The position numbers and the translations under genes were made by a program. A stretch of 64,000 nucleotides of DNA from an uncultured Nitrospiraceae bacterium (GTDB lineage Bacteria > Nitrospirota > Thermodesulfovibrionia > Thermodesulfovibrionales > SM23-35), in the NCBI GenBank assembly GCA_963727775.1, contig CAVSHB010000003.1, forward strand, positions 314,400-378,399, given 5' to 3'. Under the pieces are notes generated by a model that was given only the letters and a program-made list of their open reading frames with translations, did no database searches and had not been told where the DNA came from. Position 1 is the stretch's first letter. Each line of letters opens with the position of its first letter. Shown one piece after another: positions 56,268-64,000 of this stretch.

Positions 56268-56983
56268 ATATCTTCGGGAGTTGTGATCTTGAGATTCAAG
56301 TATGAACCCATCACAACCTTTATCTTCCCGCCATATCTTTCTATAAGCGCCGCATCATCTGTTGAGTAAAACCCTTCATTCATCGCCTTATCATATGCCG
56401 CGGCAATACTCCCGTACAGGAAAACCTGCGGTGTCTGGATAGCCCAGAGAGAACTTCTTTTAAGGGTCCTTTTTATAATTCCGTCTTCCGTCTCTTTTAT
56501 CGTATCTTTCACCGGGACTGCAAGGACCACCCCGTCGACCCTGTTTAACTTTCCCTCAATATCCGTGTCTGAAGACAAGGCATGGGGGGACAGCATTTCT
56601 TTTATCGCATTTTCAATAAGAACTTTCTCAATAAGAGGTCTCACTCCATCATGTATAAGCACCAGACAATTTTTGTCCTCTATAAGCTTAAGCCCGTTAT
56701 ATACTGAATCCTGGCGTTCTCTGCCGCCGGGTGCTATCCTTTGTATCTTGGAAAGCCCGAACTCTTCAATAATCTTCTGCCCCGGCTCCATATCTTCCGG
56801 TTTAAGAACAGGAATTATTTCCGTTATTTCAGAAACACCCTGCAATGCCTGCAAAGATAATGTAATAAGAGGTTTACCGCCAAGTGTTTGAAACGGTTTG
56901 TTGGTTCCCGGGCCAAATCTCTTGCCCAGCCCGGCAGCCGGTAAGATCGCAATGACCTTCACTTTTTTCCGGAGCTGTTTCAT
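56231..56983 (-). CDS. ispD: 2-C-methyl-D-erythritol 4-phosphate cytidylyltransferase
   Basis: 250 aa; AILPAAGLGKRFG and IHDGVRP motifs. Confidence 0.9.
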   Translation of the reverse strand: MKQLRKKVKVIAILPAAGLGKRFGPGTNKPFQTLGGKPLITLSLQALQGVSEITEIIPVLKPEDMEPGQKIIEEFGLSKIQRIAPGGRERQDSVYNGLKLIEDKNCLVLIHDGVRPLIEKVLIENAIKEMLSPHALSSDTDIEGKLNRVDGVVLAVPVKDTIKETEDGIIKRTLKRSSLWAIQTPQVFLYGSIAAAYDKAMNEGFYSTDDAALIERYGGKIKVVMGSYLNLKITTPEDICIAEALLKLCV

Positions 56984-57988
56984 TTACTTTGCCGCCTTCA
57001 ACTCGTCCCTGTCATAATCTTCTTTGAGCTTCGAGAATATCATCCTGCCTGCGGTTGTCTGCAGCACGCTTGTAACAGTCACATCCGTATTTTTTCCTAT
57101 GAATCTCCTTGCATTTTCTACAACGACCATAGTCCCGTCATCAAGGTACGCAATCCCCTGATTGTACTCTTTTCCTTCCTTCAGTACAAAAACCTTCATT
57201 GCCTCACCGGGGAGTACAACAGGCTTCAGGGAATTAGCCAGCTCATTTATATTAAGGACCGATACACCCTGAAGTTCTGCGACCTTATTCAGGTTAAAAT
57301 CATTCGTAACAACTTTTGCGTTCATGAGTTTTGCCAATGCAACAAGTTTTGCATCGACCTCTTTTATCTTTGGAAAATCCTCATCAACAATCCTCACTGT
57401 TATGCGGGACATCTTCTGAATCTTATGAAGGATATCAAGCCCCCGTCTCCCTCTTGCCCGTTTCATCGAATCGGCGGCATCTGCAATGTGCTGCAACTCC
57501 TGAAGGATAAACTGGGGAAGAATAAAAACCCCTTCGAGGAATCCGGTCTCACAAACATCCGCGATCCGTCCGTCTATGATTACGCTTGTATCGAGAATTT
57601 TAAGATGCTCTTCCATCCCCTGACCTTGAAAGAGCCTGAAAATGCCGGCAACAGATAATGATTTGCCCCTGCCCAGGCCGAGCAATAACCCGCCGTAGCC
57701 GAATACCGCCATTAATCCGAAAGATACTGCTTTAACGTCTTCACCAAGATATAGCCATAAGGGGAGCATAAGAAGGTATGCAAATAAAAGCCCGCAGGAA
57801 ATTCCCAATAACCCGCCGATGATTGTACCGAGTTCTATCTTCTTAAATTTTATTTCTGCAGCGATCGCAATAAGACCCAAAGCCGCGCCGGCCAAAACAC
57901 CGTATATCATGTAATTATATTTAATGCCGATCATATAACCTGAAAAAGCAAAAAGGATTAAAACAATAAGCCTGTAAACAATAAACAT
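56984..57988 (-). CDS. membrane-anchored PIN plus TRAM domain protein (YacL-like)
   Basis: 334 aa; 4 TM N-terminus, PIN (LDTSVIIDGRI), C-terminal TRAM-like barrel. Confidence 0.75.
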   Translation of the reverse strand: MFIVYRLIVLILFAFSGYMIGIKYNYMIYGVLAGAALGLIAIAAEIKFKKIELGTIIGGLLGISCGLLFAYLLMLPLWLYLGEDVKAVSFGLMAVFGYGGLLLGLGRGKSLSVAGIFRLFQGQGMEEHLKILDTSVIIDGRIADVCETGFLEGVFILPQFILQELQHIADAADSMKRARGRRGLDILHKIQKMSRITVRIVDEDFPKIKEVDAKLVALAKLMNAKVVTNDFNLNKVAELQGVSVLNINELANSLKPVVLPGEAMKVFVLKEGKEYNQGIAYLDDGTMVVVENARRFIGKNTDVTVTSVLQTTAGRMIFSKLKEDYDRDELKAAK

Positions 57989-58090
57989 TTTTCAACACCT
58001 CCTTTCCTATAATTTTCAAGAGTAATAAGAGCGGGTATGATGATCGCTGAAGATTAGAGGGACAACCGAACCTAATACATTGATTTGTCT

Positions 58091-59560
58091 TTAAGATGCC
58101 TTGAGAATAACATAAAATTTTTTACCGCTCCTGTTGACAAAAAGAAGGACCGGCTCACTACTTCTTAAGGTTGCGGCAATCCTGTTAAAATCCTCGACGG
58201 TACCTATTTCTTTTTTATTTATCTCCTTTATTATATCGCCCTTTTTAACCTCGGCTTCATCAGCCGGACTTCCCGGCTCTACCCTTGCAACAACAACTCC
58301 TTTCTCGTCTCTGTTAAACCCGAGTTGCCTTACAATCTCTTTGGTCAGATTCATAACTGTGAGGCCCGTAAGTACCTTTGCATCTGAATCATCCGGTAAA
58401 TGGTTCGGCACGACTTCCGCAACTTCCCTCGGCAATTCAACAATCCCTACCTTAACCGTAAATTCTTTACCCGCCCGGAGTATCCTCATTGTTATTTCAT
58501 TCCCTGTTTTACTCTGTGCAACCATATTTCGAAGACTGCTTACATCTTTTACTTCCTTGCCGTTGAATTCAAGAATTACATCGCCTCTTATAATCCCCGC
58601 TCTTGCCGCAGGGCTGTCTTTTGCGACATCGCTGACGAGGGCCCCCTTTGATCTCTTAAGCCCGAACTCCTGGGCAAGCTCGGGAGTAAGTTCCTGGATA
58701 GTAACCCCGATCCACCCACGCGTAACTTTTCCCTTCTGAACAAGCTGGTCCATGACAAGACGCACCATATTGCTGGGTACCGCAAACCCTATCCCCTGAT
58801 AACCCCCTGTCCTTGAAAATATGGCTGTGTTTATCCCGATAAGCTCTCCTTTTATGTTCACCAGCGGCCCGCCTGAATTCCCGGGATTTATCGCGGCGTC
58901 TGTCTGGATAAAGTCTTCATAATCCGCAATTCCAACATTGGCCCTTCCAACCGCGCTTATTATCCCCATAGTTACGGTATTGCTCAGACCATAAGGGCTT
59001 CCTATCGCAAGAACAAATTCACCGACCTGCAGCTTATCCGAATCTCCCCATGACAATGTTGGAAGATTGTTTGCGTCGATTCTTATTATCGCAACGTCTG
59101 TCTTGGGGTCGGCGCCTACTATACGCCCCTTGAAGGTCCTCCTGTCAAGCAGGGTCACTTTTATCTCGTCCGACTTTTCAACAACATGGTTATTGGTAAT
59201 TATGTAACCGTCAGGAGAGACGATGACGCCGGAGCCGAGACTGCGTTCCTTCCATTTCTTCGGCATTCCAAACTCATGGAAAGGGCTGAAAAAATCAAAA
59301 AAGGGATCTTCAAAAAATGGACCTGTATCCCGTTTCATAACCTTCGTTGTAGATATATTCACAACAGAAGGAGAGACGGCGGTGACTATCTCCGAAAATG
59401 CCCTGCCAGTTTCCATAATCTGGCGGGAAACATTTGGGGCAACAGTACGCGGCATATACTTGTATTGGCCTGTAAATTTACCGAGTGCGTAAAATGTGAT
59501 CCCCCCCAGGAGAAACCCGATGAGGAGAATGGAGATGCTGATAAGTATTTTCTTCTTCAC
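58091..59560 (-). CDS. Do/HtrA-family serine protease, second paralog
   Basis: 489 aa; NNHVV, DVAIIR, GNSGGPLVN, two PDZ domains. Confidence 0.9.
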   Translation of the reverse strand: MKKKILISISILLIGFLLGGITFYALGKFTGQYKYMPRTVAPNVSRQIMETGRAFSEIVTAVSPSVVNISTTKVMKRDTGPFFEDPFFDFFSPFHEFGMPKKWKERSLGSGVIVSPDGYIITNNHVVEKSDEIKVTLLDRRTFKGRIVGADPKTDVAIIRIDANNLPTLSWGDSDKLQVGEFVLAIGSPYGLSNTVTMGIISAVGRANVGIADYEDFIQTDAAINPGNSGGPLVNIKGELIGINTAIFSRTGGYQGIGFAVPSNMVRLVMDQLVQKGKVTRGWIGVTIQELTPELAQEFGLKRSKGALVSDVAKDSPAARAGIIRGDVILEFNGKEVKDVSSLRNMVAQSKTGNEITMRILRAGKEFTVKVGIVELPREVAEVVPNHLPDDSDAKVLTGLTVMNLTKEIVRQLGFNRDEKGVVVARVEPGSPADEAEVKKGDIIKEINKKEIGTVEDFNRIAATLRSSEPVLLFVNRSGKKFYVILKAS

Positions 59561-59694
59561 TATAATTAATTATAATAGTGGCATTTTATATTGTAAAGTA
59601 GTTGCCCTTGACCAAATACCCATTATTGTGCTAATTTCCAAAGTCTGGCTAATCTATAAAATTAATAAATAATGAGGTCTTTCAGGAGGTTTTA

Positions 59695-60834
59695 ATGTTA
59701 AAACGTTATTTATTGGCGCCTGGCCCAACGCCGGTTCCATCAGAAGTATTGCTTTCTATGGCGGCCCCGATTATACACCACCGTTCGCCTGATTTTTTGC
59801 CTGTGCTCGAGTCGGCAAAGAAAGGTCTTCAGTGGTTATATCAGACCAAGAATGATGTGCTTATATTGAGTTCAACGGGTACCGGTGGAATGGTAGGGGC
59901 GGTCAATAATTTTTTCAATCAGGGAGACCGTGTTATTGTCGTAAATGGCGGGAAATTCGGAGAAAGATGGACAAAGATATGCCAAGCTTATGGCCTTGAG
60001 GTTGAAGAGATTTCCGTTGAATGGGGTTATCCGGTTAAGCCTGCAGTAGTTGCGGAGAAGCTTAAAAAGGACAAGAACATAAAAGGGGTCTTTGTCCAGG
60101 CCTCTGAAACATCAACCGGCGTTTACCACGATATAAAAACGCTGGCGTCAATTGTTAAGAACTATAAAGATACGCTTTTCATCGTCGATGCTATCAGCGC
60201 CCTTGTCGCGCATGACCTGAGGACGGATGAATGGGGTATCGATATTATGGTGGGCGGGTCACAAAAAGGCGTTATGCTGCCCCCAGGCATTGCCTTTGTA
60301 AGTGTTAGTGAAAAGGCATGGGCAAAGGCGGAGACCTCAAAATTACCCAAGTTTTACTTCAATTTTAAGAAAGAACGCGATAATCTTGCCAAAAACCAGA
60401 CCAACTTCACTTCTCCGGTTACGCTGATTATCGGGCTCAATGAAAGCCTGAAGATGCTGCAGACTGAAGGTCTGGAGAAGGTTTTTAAAAGACACGAAAC
60501 CCTTGCGAACGCGATGAGAAAGGCCGTTCTGGCCATAGGGTTAGAGCTTTTTCCTAAGGAGTCTCCCTCAAATGCTGTGACGGCTATCGTGGCGCCTGCC
60601 GGGATAGACGGTCAGGCAGTATATAAAAATCTCCGCGAGAAATACGGGATCACAACAGCGGGAGGGCAGGACAGGATAAAGGGGAAAGTATTTAGAATTG
60701 CACACTTGGGTTATTCAGACCGCTTCGATGTCATAACAGCGGTTGCAGGGATCGAGATGGTATTAAAAGGAATGGGATATCCGGTAAAGCTCGGCGCGGG
60801 TGTGGCCGTTGCGCAGGAACTTTTAATGGTTTAG
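59695..60834 (+). CDS. class V aminotransferase (serine-pyruvate / phosphoserine aminotransferase type)
   Basis: 379 aa; PLP-lysine context GSQKGVM; immediately upstream of serA. Confidence 0.8.
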   Translation: MLKRYLLAPGPTPVPSEVLLSMAAPIIHHRSPDFLPVLESAKKGLQWLYQTKNDVLILSSTGTGGMVGAVNNFFNQGDRVIVVNGGKFGERWTKICQAYGLEVEEISVEWGYPVKPAVVAEKLKKDKNIKGVFVQASETSTGVYHDIKTLASIVKNYKDTLFIVDAISALVAHDLRTDEWGIDIMVGGSQKGVMLPPGIAFVSVSEKAWAKAETSKLPKFYFNFKKERDNLAKNQTNFTSPVTLIIGLNESLKMLQTEGLEKVFKRHETLANAMRKAVLAIGLELFPKESPSNAVTAIVAPAGIDGQAVYKNLREKYGITTAGGQDRIKGKVFRIAHLGYSDRFDVITAVAGIEMVLKGMGYPVKLGAGVAVAQELLMV

Positions 60835-60843
60835 GGAGGATAA

Positions 60844-63725
<2,882 letters not shown>

Positions 63726-63741
63726 TTAAAGAACGGTTCTG

Positions 63742-64000
63742 ATGGAAAGAAAACGGGGATATCAAAGGTATCCGAGGTTTACAAAAAGGCTTGAAGCCGC
63801 ATTCAGTTCCGGCGACCTAAGTTTTAGGGGGATCCTCAGCAATATTTCCTCAAATGGTTTATTTATAAGGACCAACCGGGGATTTACACCTGGAACCGCT
63901 ATTGACATCGAAATCATGATGCCGGACAATAAGGTATCTTTACTCAAAGGTATCGTAAAAAGAACGACCAAGACACCTTTATCATTAATGAAAAACGGCA
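63742..64000 (+). CDS. PilZ-domain protein, 3-prime end outside window
   Basis: hand-translated open frame MERKRGYQRYPRF...GILSNISSNGLFIRT; RxxxR and N-x-S-x-x-G resemble c-di-GMP-binding PilZ motifs; not in the ORF track because no stop lies in the window. Confidence 0.5.
   Translation, partial: MERKRGYQRYPRFTKRLEAAFSSGDLSFRGILSNISSNGLFIRTNRGFTPGTAIDIEIMMPDNKVSLLKGIVKRTTKTPLSLMKNG

Overview
This is a 64-kb chromosomal window from a diderm bacterium, shown by the lipid A/Kdo genes lpxB, waaA and lpxK. It is probably an anaerobe: it has a selenocysteine system (selA, selB), sigma-54 regulation and an amino-acid-oxidation operon ending in an ADP-forming acyl-CoA synthetase. Lineage cannot be assigned from the sequence alone. 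Core blocks: a sugar aminotransferase plus the lipid A cluster (0-7.3 kb); a cupin, an HtrA protease and a P-type ATPase (8-13.6 kb); a ZraPSR-like sigma-54 envelope-stress module (16-19.7 kb); HU and a TIGR03118-like protein (33.7-35.3 kb); a minus-strand operon of 2-oxoacid dehydrogenase E1ab/E2, ADP-forming acyl-CoA synthetase and amino-acid dehydrogenase (35.4-42.1 kb); two-component genes (47-49.6 kb); and selA, purF, an aminopeptidase, selB, ispDF, a PIN-TRAM protein, a second HtrA, a serC-like gene, serA and purA (49.6-63.7 kb). Accessory content is concentrated at 13.6-31.2 kb and 42.7-44.9 kb. It includes two IS1380-like elements, one splitting a membrane-protein gene and one nested inside an IS200/IS605 element. 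A second IS200/IS605 element splits a tcmP-like gene next to a DUF5131 (Gp37/Gp68) gene. An integrase plus IS91-family transposase module abuts a three-recombinase RIT element, and both carry the same 10-nt half-sites. The most unusual non-coding signal is four copies of a ~110-nt structured palindromic repeat with compensatory substitutions and strand-specific G-U pairs. No rRNA, tRNA or CRISPR array was seen. Family names come from motif recognition and memory, not database searches. Hand-derived coordinates of non-ORF features may be off by 1-2 nt.
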